Origin: an uncultured Chloroflexia bacterium
GTDB taxonomy: Bacteria; Chloroflexota; Limnocylindria; QHBO01
Assembly: GCA_963695195.1 (NCBI GenBank)
Contig: CAVOGE010000007.1
Span: 1,046,663 to 1,110,662, forward strand
Length of the DNA: 64,000 nt
Direction: 5' to 3'
Under the pieces are notes generated by a model. That model did no database searches. It was not told the origin of the DNA and worked only from the letters and a program-made list of their open reading frames with translations. The number at the start of each line of letters is the position of its first letter. Positions within the stretch are counted from its first letter, which is position 1. This document shows positions 19,878-29,287 of this stretch, piece after piece. A program made the translations under genes and the position numbers.

Positions 19878-19894
19878 CGCCCGATCCTACGGCG

Positions 19895-21067
19895 TCACGG
19901 CTGCCAGATGCGCGTCTCCGGGCGGAAGATTGCCCACGCGAACCAGAACGGCGAATCGGCCACGACCGGGGCGAGTCGTCTGCCGGTCAGCGGACCCTCG
20001 GTCGCCATCCCGGTGAAGTCCCAGGTGCTGCCTGTCTGCAGGTCGCGCATGGTGCCGTCGCCGGCAGCCTCGAAGTCGAGCAGGTCGTCGTCAAGTTGCC
20101 GCACGAACGCGGCCGCCGAGCCGACTTCGTCGCCGCCGGCAACGGTGCTGCTGCCGAGCCCCGACACGACTCCCGGCGCGAAGATGATGACCAGCGGCAT
20201 ACCGCCGACCTCGTCGTTCACCACGCGTTCGGCCGCCAGGTCGGGGAATGGATAGGCGGCCGCCTCGTCTCCAAGCGTGACTGCGAGTACCCGCACCTTT
20301 GGCGAAAGGCGACCGTCCAATAGCGTCACGTCGTCGAGGAGAAACGGGCTGGTATCGATCCTGTCGTAGCCGATGTATGGGTTGCTCCCGTAGGAGCGAC
20401 TGTGGCCGGTCTCTCGCGACAGCACCGTGCCCTCGGGGTTGCGTCCTGCGAACTGCTGCCAGCCCATCAGCTGCGACGGCAGGAACTCCAGCTGGCTCCC
20501 CGTCAGCTCGCCGACGATCGCCTGGCCGATGGCCTGCTGCCACCAGCTCTCGGTGGCTCGATCGAACATGACCATGTCCGAGTGGCGCAGCATGCCGCTG
20601 ACGCCGAACTGGTGAAGCGTCCCGTCCAGCCGCCGGTCAAACACGATTGCGGTGTGGCACAGCGGACAGAAGGTGACCGCGATCGGGACGTCCCCCAAGG
20701 TGTCGTTGGCGATCTCGTGCCAGATCAGGATCTGGATCGGGTAGGCGCGTGCCTCGCCGTTGATCTCGACGGCGATCACCGGCTCCGCGGCTGCCAGCCA
20801 ATCGACGTCCGCCACCCGCTCGTACTGTCCGGCGTCGAGCGCCGGGATTCCGTCCTTGCCGGGGCCGCCGCTGATGATTTCGGCAAGTGGGACCGAGTGG
20901 AGGGAGAAGTCGGTCTTCCAGCCGTCGGTGCTGAAGCGTGGCATGTCGTCCTCCGTTGGTGCCGCGGTTGGAGAGCTGGAGGCTGCCTGGCGGCCGGCCG
21001 GACCGGCGCATGCGGCCAGCACGACACTTGCCGTGATCAGCGTTGCGACAAGAAGACCGCCATGCAC
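19895..21067 (-). CDS. DUF3179 domain lipoprotein
   Basis: Lipobox LAAC, GGPGKDGIPAL, ARAYP, WHEIAND, TFCPLC, FGVSG, FWFAW. Confidence 0.85.
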   Translation of the reverse strand: MHGGLLVATLITASVVLAACAGPAGRQAASSSPTAAPTEDDMPRFSTDGWKTDFSLHSVPLAEIISGGPGKDGIPALDAGQYERVADVDWLAAAEPVIAVEINGEARAYPIQILIWHEIANDTLGDVPIAVTFCPLCHTAIVFDRRLDGTLHQFGVSGMLRHSDMVMFDRATESWWQQAIGQAIVGELTGSQLEFLPSQLMGWQQFAGRNPEGTVLSRETGHSRSYGSNPYIGYDRIDTSPFLLDDVTLLDGRLSPKVRVLAVTLGDEAAAYPFPDLAAERVVNDEVGGMPLVIIFAPGVVSGLGSSTVAGGDEVGSAAAFVRQLDDDLLDFEAAGDGTMRDLQTGSTWDFTGMATEGPLTGRRLAPVVADSPFWFAWAIFRPETRIWQP

Positions 21068-21128
21068 CCGGCTACCGTGGCAGGTGCACGAGCCCCGCGC
21101 TGTAAGGCCGCTGACGCGGCCAACAGGA

Positions 21129-22478
21129 TCAGCCGCCGGCGGCCTCGATGAACAGGAAGCCCAGCACGCGGGCGACCGTCGGGAAGGCGTGGATCGTGTC
21201 GGCCAGGACGGTCAGGGGCGTCTGGAGCTTTACCGCCAGGACCGCTTCGTGGATCGCCTCGCTGGCGCCCGGTCCGGCAATGAAGGCGCCGATCAGGGTG
21301 CCCGCCGGGCGGTCGACCACGATCGTGACGTGCCCGGAGGCCTCGGCCGCGTAGCCCTTGGCGCTGGTCGCCAGGTCGGCGGTGAACTCCTTCGCATCGA
21401 TGCCTCGAGCCTGGGCCTCCTCGAGCAGCAGGCCGACCGAGCCGGTCTCCGGATCGGTGTAGACGGCCCGCGGGATGGCCCGGTAGTCGGGCGTGACGTC
21501 GTCGCCCAACGCGATCCGTGCTGCCATCTCTCCCTGGTAGTGGCTGACGTGGGTATGCATCTCCGGCCCCGCAGGGTCACCTGCCACGTAGACGTCCGGC
21601 GCGATCCGGAGTCGTGCGTCCGGCGCGAGTCGGCCCGACGAGGCATCCACCCCGATCGTCTCGAGGCCCAATCCGTCAAGCGGGAATGCGCGCCCGATCG
21701 CGAGCAGCACTGCTGCTCCCTCGACCGTGCCGCCATCCTCCAGCACGAACCGATGCCCCCCGTTGGTACCCTTGCCGGCCTCGGCGCGCACGGCTCGACC
21801 GCCGGTCCGGATCACCACCCCGTCGCGCTCGAGCCCGGCCGCCACCGCAGCCGAGGTGCGCGGGTGGTCGCGCGGCAGGATCCGATCGCCGGGTACGACC
21901 AGCGTCACCGGTACCCCAAATCGCGCGTACGCCTGGGCGAGTTCGACCCCGGTCGGTCCGGCCCCCAGGATGAGCAGGCTCTCAGGCAGCTCGCGGGCGC
22001 CAGTGGCATCGCGGTTGGTCCAGTACGGGACCTCGGCAAGGCCGGGCATGTCGGGGATCCTGCTGCCCGAACCGACAGCGACGATGACTGCGCCGGCCTC
22101 CAACTCGTGCTGCACGCCGTCGTGTTCCACGATCACGCGCCCATGCCCGTCGAGGCGGGCGCTGCCGCGCATGGTGATCGCGCCCGCCGCGTCGAGGTCG
22201 GTCTTGTGGCGCGAGTCATCGGGGTAGTCGCGGTCCTCGCGGCTGATCATCCAGTCGCGGCGAGCCGATGCCTTCGGCCACTGATAGTCACCGCCTGCCG
22301 CGTGCACCGCTGCTGAGTGGAGCAGCGACTTCGAGGGCATGCACGCGAAGAATGGGCAGGCGCCGCCAAACAGGTCGCGATCGATAACGGCGACGGATGC
22401 GCCGCGCTTGCGGCCGACAAAGGCCGCCGCCTCGCCGGCGGCGCCCGCGCCGATGATCACCAGGTCGTATTGGTCCAT
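21129..22478 (-). CDS. Pyridine nucleotide-disulfide oxidoreductase (dihydrolipoyl dehydrogenase-like, class I)
   Basis: YDLVIIGAGAAG, GGACPFFACMPSK redox disulfide, GAGPTGVE, IHAFPT. Confidence 0.88.
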   Translation of the reverse strand: MDQYDLVIIGAGAAGEAAAFVGRKRGASVAVIDRDLFGGACPFFACMPSKSLLHSAAVHAAGGDYQWPKASARRDWMISREDRDYPDDSRHKTDLDAAGAITMRGSARLDGHGRVIVEHDGVQHELEAGAVIVAVGSGSRIPDMPGLAEVPYWTNRDATGARELPESLLILGAGPTGVELAQAYARFGVPVTLVVPGDRILPRDHPRTSAAVAAGLERDGVVIRTGGRAVRAEAGKGTNGGHRFVLEDGGTVEGAAVLLAIGRAFPLDGLGLETIGVDASSGRLAPDARLRIAPDVYVAGDPAGPEMHTHVSHYQGEMAARIALGDDVTPDYRAIPRAVYTDPETGSVGLLLEEAQARGIDAKEFTADLATSAKGYAAEASGHVTIVVDRPAGTLIGAFIAGPGASEAIHEAVLAVKLQTPLTVLADTIHAFPTVARVLGFLFIEAAGG

Positions 22479-22598
22479 GAATGCTCCACTCGGGGGGTGT
22501 CCTGCCCAGTCTGCCGCGGCCGGGCTGTATGGCTGCTGACTATGGCGGGCTGGTGCCATGATACGGACGATGCAGGCTATCGCCGCGAGTCGGCCCTC

Positions 22599-23351
22599 AT
22601 GAAGCGCCTCTTTGGATCCGGCGCGTCGAAACGGCGGGACGCCTCGTTCCAGCCTCTCGCCGATGACGAGCTGCGCGCGGGGCTGCTCCGTGAGGTGGAC
22701 CTGTTCGCGGGCCTGTCCGAGGACGACCTGAAACAGGTGAGCGGCAGTCTGCCGATGGCGACATGCAAGCGGGGCGGGCTGGTCAGCTCCCCGGACGATG
22801 ACGACGAGCGGCTCTACATCGTCAAGAGCGGTCGGGTGCGGCTCTACCGGTTGACGGCCGATGGTCGCCAGCTGACCCTGGACATCCTGGACAAGGGTCG
22901 CGTGGTGGGCCGCATGAACTGGCTCGGTCAGCATCTCGCCGACACGTACGCGGAGGCGATCGAGGACGCACTCATCTGCAGCTTCACGCCGGCCGAGCTG
23001 CAGCAGCTGATCGACCGCCATCCCACCATCGGGCTCAACATCATCCGATACCTCTCGGAGCGTCTCGCCAGCTCGGAGCGCGAGCGCGAGATCATGGCCT
23101 ACCGCTCCGTTGAGCAGCGGCTCGCGGCCCGGCTGCTCGACCTGGCCGGGCGCTTTGGGCAGGAGACCGATGAGGGGCTGGCCATCGATGCGCGCCTGAC
23201 CCAGCAGGAGCTGGCCGACATGATCGGCACCAGCCGCGAGACCCTGGCGGTCACCGTCTCGAAGCTGCGGGAGCAGCGCGTCCTGGAGATGGCGAATCAG
23301 CGCGTGGTGATCCTGGACGGACCCGCGCTCGAGGCGCTGGCGGGCGACTGA
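22599..23351 (+). CDS. Crp/Fnr family transcriptional regulator
   Basis: cNMP-binding fold LYIVKSGRVRL; HTH LTQQELADMIGTSRET. Confidence 0.92.
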   Translation: MKRLFGSGASKRRDASFQPLADDELRAGLLREVDLFAGLSEDDLKQVSGSLPMATCKRGGLVSSPDDDDERLYIVKSGRVRLYRLTADGRQLTLDILDKGRVVGRMNWLGQHLADTYAEAIEDALICSFTPAELQQLIDRHPTIGLNIIRYLSERLASSEREREIMAYRSVEQRLAARLLDLAGRFGQETDEGLAIDARLTQQELADMIGTSRETLAVTVSKLREQRVLEMANQRVVILDGPALEALAGD

Positions 23352-23408
23352 CGGCCGCGTGTTGGGCTGCTTACAGCGACACCGCGGGGCAGGCCGCAGG
23401 ATTGCCGC

Positions 23409-24197
23409 ATGACGAGTCCGCTCATCCGACGCGAGCTGGCCGGGCTGGCGCCGCAGGCGATGCTGCCTGTCCCGGCGGTCGACGCAGCAACCATGCTCGC
23501 GGTCGATCGCATCGCCACCGACGAGATCGGCCTGAGTCTGCTGCAGATGATGGAGAACGCTGGACGCGAGCTGGCGAACCTGGGCCGCACGGCGGCCGGC
23601 GGCGATGCGGCGGGTCGGCGCGTGGTTGTGCTGGCCGGTACCGGCAACAACGCTGGCGGCGGTCTGGTGGCGGCGCGGCGACTTGCCGGATGGGGTGCGT
23701 CAGTGACGGTCCTGTTCGCGCAGCCCGTGCTGCGCCTGCGGCCGGGGCCCTGCGCCCAGCTGGACAGCGTCATGGCCTCGGGCAGCCGCCTGGCGGTGAT
23801 CGGCCACGATTTCACCCTGGCCGAGGCACGCCGCGAAGTGCGCGAGGCCGACGTCGTGCTCGATGCGCTGATCGGCTACTCGTTGAACCGCGCCCCCACC
23901 GAGCCGTACCAGCGCCTGATCGCCCTCGCCGCGGAGACGGAGGCCCCCGTTATCAGCCTCGACGTGCCGTCCGGGCTCGACGCCAGCACCGGGAAGACGC
24001 CCGGCGACGCGATCCACGCCGATGCCACGCTGGCCGTGGCGCTGCCCAAGCTCGGCACCCAGCTCGCGGAAGGTCCGCGCCTCACCGGCATTCCGTACCT
24101 GGCCGACATCGGCATTCCGGCTTCCGCCTTCCGACAGGTTGGGGTCGAGGTCGGGCCGATCTTCTCTGGCTCTAGCGTGGTTCAGCTGCCGAGCTGA
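23409..24197 (+). CDS. nnrE: NAD(P)H-hydrate epimerase (stand-alone YjeF_N)
   Basis: MMENAGR, GTGNNAGGG, DALIGYSL, SLDVPSG, LADIGIP. Confidence 0.85.
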   Translation: MTSPLIRRELAGLAPQAMLPVPAVDAATMLAVDRIATDEIGLSLLQMMENAGRELANLGRTAAGGDAAGRRVVVLAGTGNNAGGGLVAARRLAGWGASVTVLFAQPVLRLRPGPCAQLDSVMASGSRLAVIGHDFTLAEARREVREADVVLDALIGYSLNRAPTEPYQRLIALAAETEAPVISLDVPSGLDASTGKTPGDAIHADATLAVALPKLGTQLAEGPRLTGIPYLADIGIPASAFRQVGVEVGPIFSGSSVVQLPS

Positions 24198-24200
24198 GCC

Positions 24201-24425
24201 CTACGCGCCGCGCCGGCGTAGCAGGTCGATCACCAGGGCCGCGCTCCAGCTGAAATCGGGGCTCCCGTACCCGGTTCCGCCGAACGGGTCGAAGTACTCG
24301 TGAAAGCCCGAGCGCCTCACCAGCTCAAGGATGTCCTCCTCGATCTCGGAGGCCAGCTCGTCCTGCCCGTGTTGGCGAAGGCCGCGGGCCAGCAGCCAGT
24401 CTGCGTTGATCCAGACCGTTCCACA
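24201..24425 (-). pseudogene. C-terminal remnant of a GH63-like (glucosyl/mannosylglycerate hydrolase-like) glycosidase
   Basis: CGTVWINADWLLARGL...GFHEYFDPFGGTGYGSPDFSWSAALVIDLL matches the YWRGPVW...FxEYF...FSWTAA tail. Only about 75 codons, no start, abuts the hutI stop. Confidence 0.72.
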
Positions 24426-24429
24426 GTCC

Positions 24430-25617
24430 TCAGGCGCTGAGCTCGTGGCCCCCGATCCAGGTCCGGGACGGGCGCACCGAGCCCAGGTGCAGGGCGAAGG
24501 AGCCCTCGTGCTCGGCGTCCCAGGCGACGAGGTCGGCATCCGCGCCCTCGGTGATGATGCCGCGGCGGCCGTCCAGCCCAAGGGCCGCCGCGCCGCCTGA
24601 CGTTGCCGCGGTGACCGCTTCCCCAACCGTCATGCCGAGCAGGGTGGCGCCCAGGCCGACCACCAGCGGCATCGCTCCCCACGCGCCAAACGTGCCGGCA
24701 TTCGCGTCGCTGGCCAGGGCCACGGTGACACCGGCGTCGAGCAGCGCGCGGGCAGGCGGCATTCGATCGCGCATGACCAGCGCCGGCCCGGGCAGGAGCG
24801 TCGCCACTGTTCGGGAGGCGGCCAGCGTGGCCACGCCGGCGTCGTCGAGCTGCTCCAGGTGGTCCGCGCTCACCGCTCCGAGCCGGACCGCCAGCTCGGC
24901 GGCCCCGGTACGCGCCAACTGGTCAGCATGCATCCGGATTCCGAGGCCGGCGGCCGCAGCCGCGCGCAGGATCCGCTCCGCGTCGGCGAGCGAGAAGAAG
25001 CCGCGGTCGCAGAACACGTCGCAGAACTCCGCCAGGCCGGCTGCGGCCACGGCCGGGATCATCTCGTCGGCGACGACCGCGGTGTACTCAGCCGCTGACC
25101 CTGCCTCGGCCGGAACGGCGTGGGCTCCGAGAAGGGTCCGGACGACGCGGACGGGCAGCCGCTCTGCCGCCTCGCCGATCAGCCGCAGCGCACGCAGCTC
25201 CTCCGCGGTCGAGAGGCCATACCCGGACTTGCACTCGATGGTGGTCACCCCGCTCGCCAGCGAGGCACGCAGTCGCGCCGCAATCAGGGCGCGCAGATCG
25301 TCGTCCGACGCGGCTCGCGTGGCGGCCACGGTGCGCAGGATGCCGCCGCCGGAGTAGGTGGCGCCCTCCAACCGAGCAGCGACCTCATCGGAGCGTTCCC
25401 CGGCGAAGGCGGGGTGGGTGTGGGCATCGACCAGCCCCGGCGTGACCAGGGCGCTGCCGAGGTCGACTGTCAAGTCTGCCGGCGGCGTATCGGTCAGCGG
25501 ACCGACCCAGGCGAAGCGGCCATCCTGGACGAGAACCGCCCAGGGAGCCGGCCCGTCGTACGGCCGGGGCGTAAGCAGGCGGCCGCGGCCTGTGAGGAGC
25601 AGGGTGCCATCGGACAT
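24430..25617 (-). CDS. hutI: Imidazolonepropionase
   Basis: PGLVDAHTH, GGGILRTVAATR, GVTTIECKSGYGL, DVFCD, HADQL, SADHLE; TATGGT-N7-ATG. Confidence 0.87.
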   Translation of the reverse strand: MSDGTLLLTGRGRLLTPRPYDGPAPWAVLVQDGRFAWVGPLTDTPPADLTVDLGSALVTPGLVDAHTHPAFAGERSDEVAARLEGATYSGGGILRTVAATRAASDDDLRALIAARLRASLASGVTTIECKSGYGLSTAEELRALRLIGEAAERLPVRVVRTLLGAHAVPAEAGSAAEYTAVVADEMIPAVAAAGLAEFCDVFCDRGFFSLADAERILRAAAAAGLGIRMHADQLARTGAAELAVRLGAVSADHLEQLDDAGVATLAASRTVATLLPGPALVMRDRMPPARALLDAGVTVALASDANAGTFGAWGAMPLVVGLGATLLGMTVGEAVTAATSGGAAALGLDGRRGIITEGADADLVAWDAEHEGSFALHLGSVRPSRTWIGGHELSA

Positions 25618-25640
25618 CGGTCGAACCATACTCCGCCGCC

Positions 25641-26594
25641 TCAGCCGATCTCCGGCTCGGCCACAGCCCGGCGCCGAGGTTCCCCGCGGAGGCGCAGGGT
25701 GGCGAGCATGAGACCGACCAGGATCGTGCCTGCGCCCACCAGCTGGATTGCCGACGGGCGCTCGCTCAGCAGCACCATCGCCAGCAGGACCGATGCGACC
25801 GGTTGCAGGGTCAGCAGCAGGCTGGTGAGCGCCGAAGGCAACCGTGGCAGGGAAACGCTGATCAGCAGCCAGCCGACCACCTGCGACGAGATGGCCAGTG
25901 CCAGCAGCCAGCCGTGCGCCGGCCACGACGGGACCAGGTTCACTTCGCCGAGCGGAAGACCGATCGCCAGCGAGGCGATCGCACCCACCAGCGTGGCGTC
26001 GAAGAGCGGCCCCGCTGGCCGTCGCAGGTCGGCGTTCCCGCGGCGCAGCACCATCAGGAACCCGGCATAGGCGAGGCCGGTGAAGAGGCCGAGCAGTACG
26101 CCGAGGCCGGGATTGGCGCCGTATGCTCCCGTGCCGATCACACCCGAGATGAGGACCACGCCACCCAGGACAACCGGCAGGGCCAGCAGCGTGCGTTGTG
26201 GCGGCCGCTCGCCGAGGAGCAGCCACGCCAGGACCGCCACGATCACCACCTGGGTGTTGCCGAGCACGGTGGCCAGGCCGGCTCCGACCAGGCCGATGGT
26301 GTGATGCCACACCACCAGGTCGAGCGCGAAGAAGACACCGGCCAGCATCGCCAGCCATACCTGCGCCGCTGGCCGCGGGCCAAAGGCGCGACGCTCGGCA
26401 AGAGCGATCAGTCCGAGTGCAGGAAGCGCGTAGACGCAGCGAAAGATCGCCGCGGTGGCCGGCTCCACATCCGCGAGGCGCACCAGGACGCCGGAGAAGG
26501 CGATCGACATCGCCCCAAGCACGGCGGCCAGCACCGGCCGATGCGCCAGCGCGCCGAAGGGATTCCCGGTTCGTGCCCGGGCCGGTGCAGTCAC
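25641..26594 (-). CDS. DMT/EamA family transporter
   Basis: Two EamA repeats, about 10 TM, LLGERP / LLSERP. Confidence 0.88.
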   Translation of the reverse strand: MTAPARARTGNPFGALAHRPVLAAVLGAMSIAFSGVLVRLADVEPATAAIFRCVYALPALGLIALAERRAFGPRPAAQVWLAMLAGVFFALDLVVWHHTIGLVGAGLATVLGNTQVVIVAVLAWLLLGERPPQRTLLALPVVLGGVVLISGVIGTGAYGANPGLGVLLGLFTGLAYAGFLMVLRRGNADLRRPAGPLFDATLVGAIASLAIGLPLGEVNLVPSWPAHGWLLALAISSQVVGWLLISVSLPRLPSALTSLLLTLQPVASVLLAMVLLSERPSAIQLVGAGTILVGLMLATLRLRGEPRRRAVAEPEIG

Positions 26595-26669
26595 CGGCGC
26601 AGACTAGCCGAGCCGACCCGCTGCTGGAGGGCTTGCCCCAGACGCCACCGCGCGCGACACTTGCGCGGC

Positions 26670-29285
26670 ATGTCCGAGCTTCCAACCGGGACCATCACCT
26701 TTCTCTTTTCCGACATCGAGGGTTCCACGCGACTGGCCCAGGCCCTCGACGCGGGGTGGCCACCGCTGCTCGAGCGGCACCAGGAGATTGCCCGCGCCGT
26801 CTGGAGCGCCCACGGCGGCATCGAGGTGGGCACCGACGGAGACTCGTTCTTCGTCGTCTTCACCATGGCCAGCCAGGCGGTGGCTGCCGCGGCCGACGTG
26901 CAGCGCGTGCTGGCAAGCGAGCCGTGGCCGGCCGGCTCGGAGATCCGGGTCCGGATCGGCATGCACACCGGGGCCGGCCTGATCAGCGGCGGGACCTATG
27001 TCGGCCTCGATGTCCACCGGGCCGCTCGCGTCTCGGCGGCCGGCAACGGTGGACAGGTGCTGCTCACCGAGGCCACCCACGCGCTGCTGGGGGGCAACCT
27101 GCCGCCCGACACGGCGCTGAAGGATCACGGCGAGCACAAGCTCAAGGACCTTTCGCGCGCGGAGCGCATCTGGGAGCTCGTGATCGATGGGCTCCGCACC
27201 GACCTTGCGCCCCTGCGCACGCTCAACGCCATCCCCAACAACCTGCCTACCCAGCTCACCTCGTTCCTGGGACGGCAGCGAGAGCTGGCAGAAGCGCAAC
27301 GGCTGCTGGCGGAGGGCCGTCTGCTCACCCTCACCGGCCCAGGCGGCACCGGCAAGACCCGTCTCTCCCTGCAGATCGCGGCAGACTCCACGGACCGCTT
27401 CCCCGACGGGGTCTACTACGTTCCGCTCGGTCAGATCGCCATGTCAGAGCTGGTGATCCCCACCATCGCGCAGGCGGTGGGAGTGGTGGACCCGGGCTCC
27501 CGGCCGCTCGATCGGCTGGTCGAGCAGATCGGCGAGAAGTGCGTGCTGCTTGTGCTCGACAACTTCGAGCAGGTGATCGACGCCGCGGCCCAGGTGAACG
27601 AGCTATTGGCGCGCGCGCCGAAGATCTCGGTGCTGATCACCAGCAGAAGCCCGCTGCGGGTCTACGGCGAGCGCGAGTACCCGGTCCCTCCGCTCGGCGT
27701 GCCGGATCCCAAGCACCTGCCCAGCCTTGCCGGCCTGAGCCAGTTCGAGTCTGTCGCCCTGTTCATCGAGCGCGCCATGGCGGTCAGGCCGGACTTCGCG
27801 GTGAACAGCAGCAACGCGCCGGCGGTGGCCGAGATCTGCGCCCGGCTGGATGGGCTGCCGCTGGCCATCGAGCTGGCCGCGGCCCGCATTCGCCTGCTCA
27901 GCCCGCAGGCGATCATGGAGCGACTCGGGGATCGGATGAGTCTCCTGTCGAGCGGTGCCCGTGACCTGCCGGAGCGCCAGCAGACGCTGCGCGGCGCGAT
28001 CGCCTGGAGCCATGACCTGCTCGACGAGGTGGATCGCCGGGTGTTCGCCAGGTTCTCCGTGTTTGCCGGCGGCGCCACGCTGGACGCGGCGCAGACGGTC
28101 CTCTTCGATGTCGGCGAGGCCGGTGACGCGCTCGACGCGATCGGCTCGATGGTTGACAAGAGCCTGATCCGCCAGGAGACACAGCCGGACGGCGATCCTC
28201 GCTTCCGAATGCTCGAGACGATCCGCGAATTCGCCCTCGAGCAGCTGGTCGCCCGCGGCGAAGAGGAGGCGCTCCGCGAACGTCACGCGGCCTGCGTGCT
28301 CAGCTTTGCCGAGCGGGCCGCGGCTGAGGTATTCGGGTCCGATCAGGCCACCTGGCTCGACCGATTCGAGGCGGAGCATGACAACATCCGCGCGGCGCTG
28401 GCCTGGACATTCGCGCGCGACCGCGCCGAGACGGCGATGCCGCTGCTGGTGGCCTGTTGGCGCTTCTGGCAGATGCGCGGCTACCTGCAGGAGGCGCGCG
28501 AGCGGGCCAACCAGGTCCTCGAACTGCCAAGCGCGGCGCAGCATCCTGACGCACGCGCGGCAGCGCTCGAGGCGGCCGGTGGGATCGCCTACTGGCAGGC
28601 CGACCTCGAGGCGTCACGGCGCTGGTACCAGGAAGGGCTCGACCTGGCGCGCGCCAGTGGCGATGACCGGCGCATCGCCAACGCTCTCTACAACGTGTCG
28701 TTCACCTTTGCGCTGACCCGTAAGGACCAGGTGGCAGCCAAGCGCGTGGTCGAAGAGGTGCTGGAGATCAGCCGGCGGCTTGGCGACGAACCGCTGGTTG
28801 CCCGTTCGCTGTGGGCCCTGTCCAACACCATCTACTTCTTCGGTGAGACCGAGGGTCTCATGGAGGCGGTCGACGAGGCGCTCGCCATCTTCCGCCGCCT
28901 CGGGGAGCAGTACATGGTCGGCTGGACGCTCTACTCGGTGGCGCTCGGAACGCTGAGGAGTGATCCGGCCCGCGCCCAATCGGCCATGGCGGAGGGGCTG
29001 GAGATCTTCCGAGCAGCCAACGACGTCTCGGCCTACGGCCTCATCTTCGATGTCTGGGCGTCGCTGTACTGGCACCTCGAGGATTCGCGCCGGGCGATGA
29101 TCCTTGCCGGCTTTGCCGAGGCGATCGAGCGGCGAGCTGGCGGCGGCCTGGCCGCCATCAACCGCAGCCTGCTGGGCTTCGACACGGTCGAACTGCTGAA
29201 TGATCCCGCCCTGGCAGCAGCGTATGCCGAGGGGAGCCGGATGGACGTGGAGCAGGCGGCCGAGGTGGCGCTGAGCGGCGCCTAG
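26670..29285 (+). CDS. Class III cyclase domain - NB-ARC-like ATPase - TPR protein
   Basis: LPTGTITFLFSDIEGST, GDSFFVVF, VHRAARV; Walker A GPGGTGKT; LVLDNFEQ; LDGLPLAIELAAAR. Confidence 0.92.
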   Translation: MSELPTGTITFLFSDIEGSTRLAQALDAGWPPLLERHQEIARAVWSAHGGIEVGTDGDSFFVVFTMASQAVAAAADVQRVLASEPWPAGSEIRVRIGMHTGAGLISGGTYVGLDVHRAARVSAAGNGGQVLLTEATHALLGGNLPPDTALKDHGEHKLKDLSRAERIWELVIDGLRTDLAPLRTLNAIPNNLPTQLTSFLGRQRELAEAQRLLAEGRLLTLTGPGGTGKTRLSLQIAADSTDRFPDGVYYVPLGQIAMSELVIPTIAQAVGVVDPGSRPLDRLVEQIGEKCVLLVLDNFEQVIDAAAQVNELLARAPKISVLITSRSPLRVYGEREYPVPPLGVPDPKHLPSLAGLSQFESVALFIERAMAVRPDFAVNSSNAPAVAEICARLDGLPLAIELAAARIRLLSPQAIMERLGDRMSLLSSGARDLPERQQTLRGAIAWSHDLLDEVDRRVFARFSVFAGGATLDAAQTVLFDVGEAGDALDAIGSMVDKSLIRQETQPDGDPRFRMLETIREFALEQLVARGEEEALRERHAACVLSFAERAAAEVFGSDQATWLDRFEAEHDNIRAALAWTFARDRAETAMPLLVACWRFWQMRGYLQEARERANQVLELPSAAQHPDARAAALEAAGGIAYWQADLEASRRWYQEGLDLARASGDDRRIANALYNVSFTFALTRKDQVAAKRVVEEVLEISRRLGDEPLVARSLWALSNTIYFFGETEGLMEAVDEALAIFRRLGEQYMVGWTLYSVALGTLRSDPARAQSAMAEGLEIFRAANDVSAYGLIFDVWASLYWHLEDSRRAMILAGFAEAIERRAGGGLAAINRSLLGFDTVELLNDPALAAAYAEGSRMDVEQAAEVALSGA

Positions 29286-29287
29286 AG

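Noticed and set aside
19895-21067. Selenoprotein in the DUF3179 family
   Set aside because: The CPLC motif is encoded with Cys and there is no in-frame TGA.
21129-22478. Mercuric reductase
   Set aside because: No N-terminal HMA domain, no C-terminal Cys-Cys pair, no mer genes.
24430-29285. N-terminal extensions in the ORF track (751-aa hutI, 1160-aa cyclase; also 630-aa, 614-aa and 729-aa ORFs elsewhere) suggesting novel fusions
   Set aside because: The extensions overlap neighbouring real genes and are low-complexity; true starts are internal. Only the USP-GpgS fusion survives this check.
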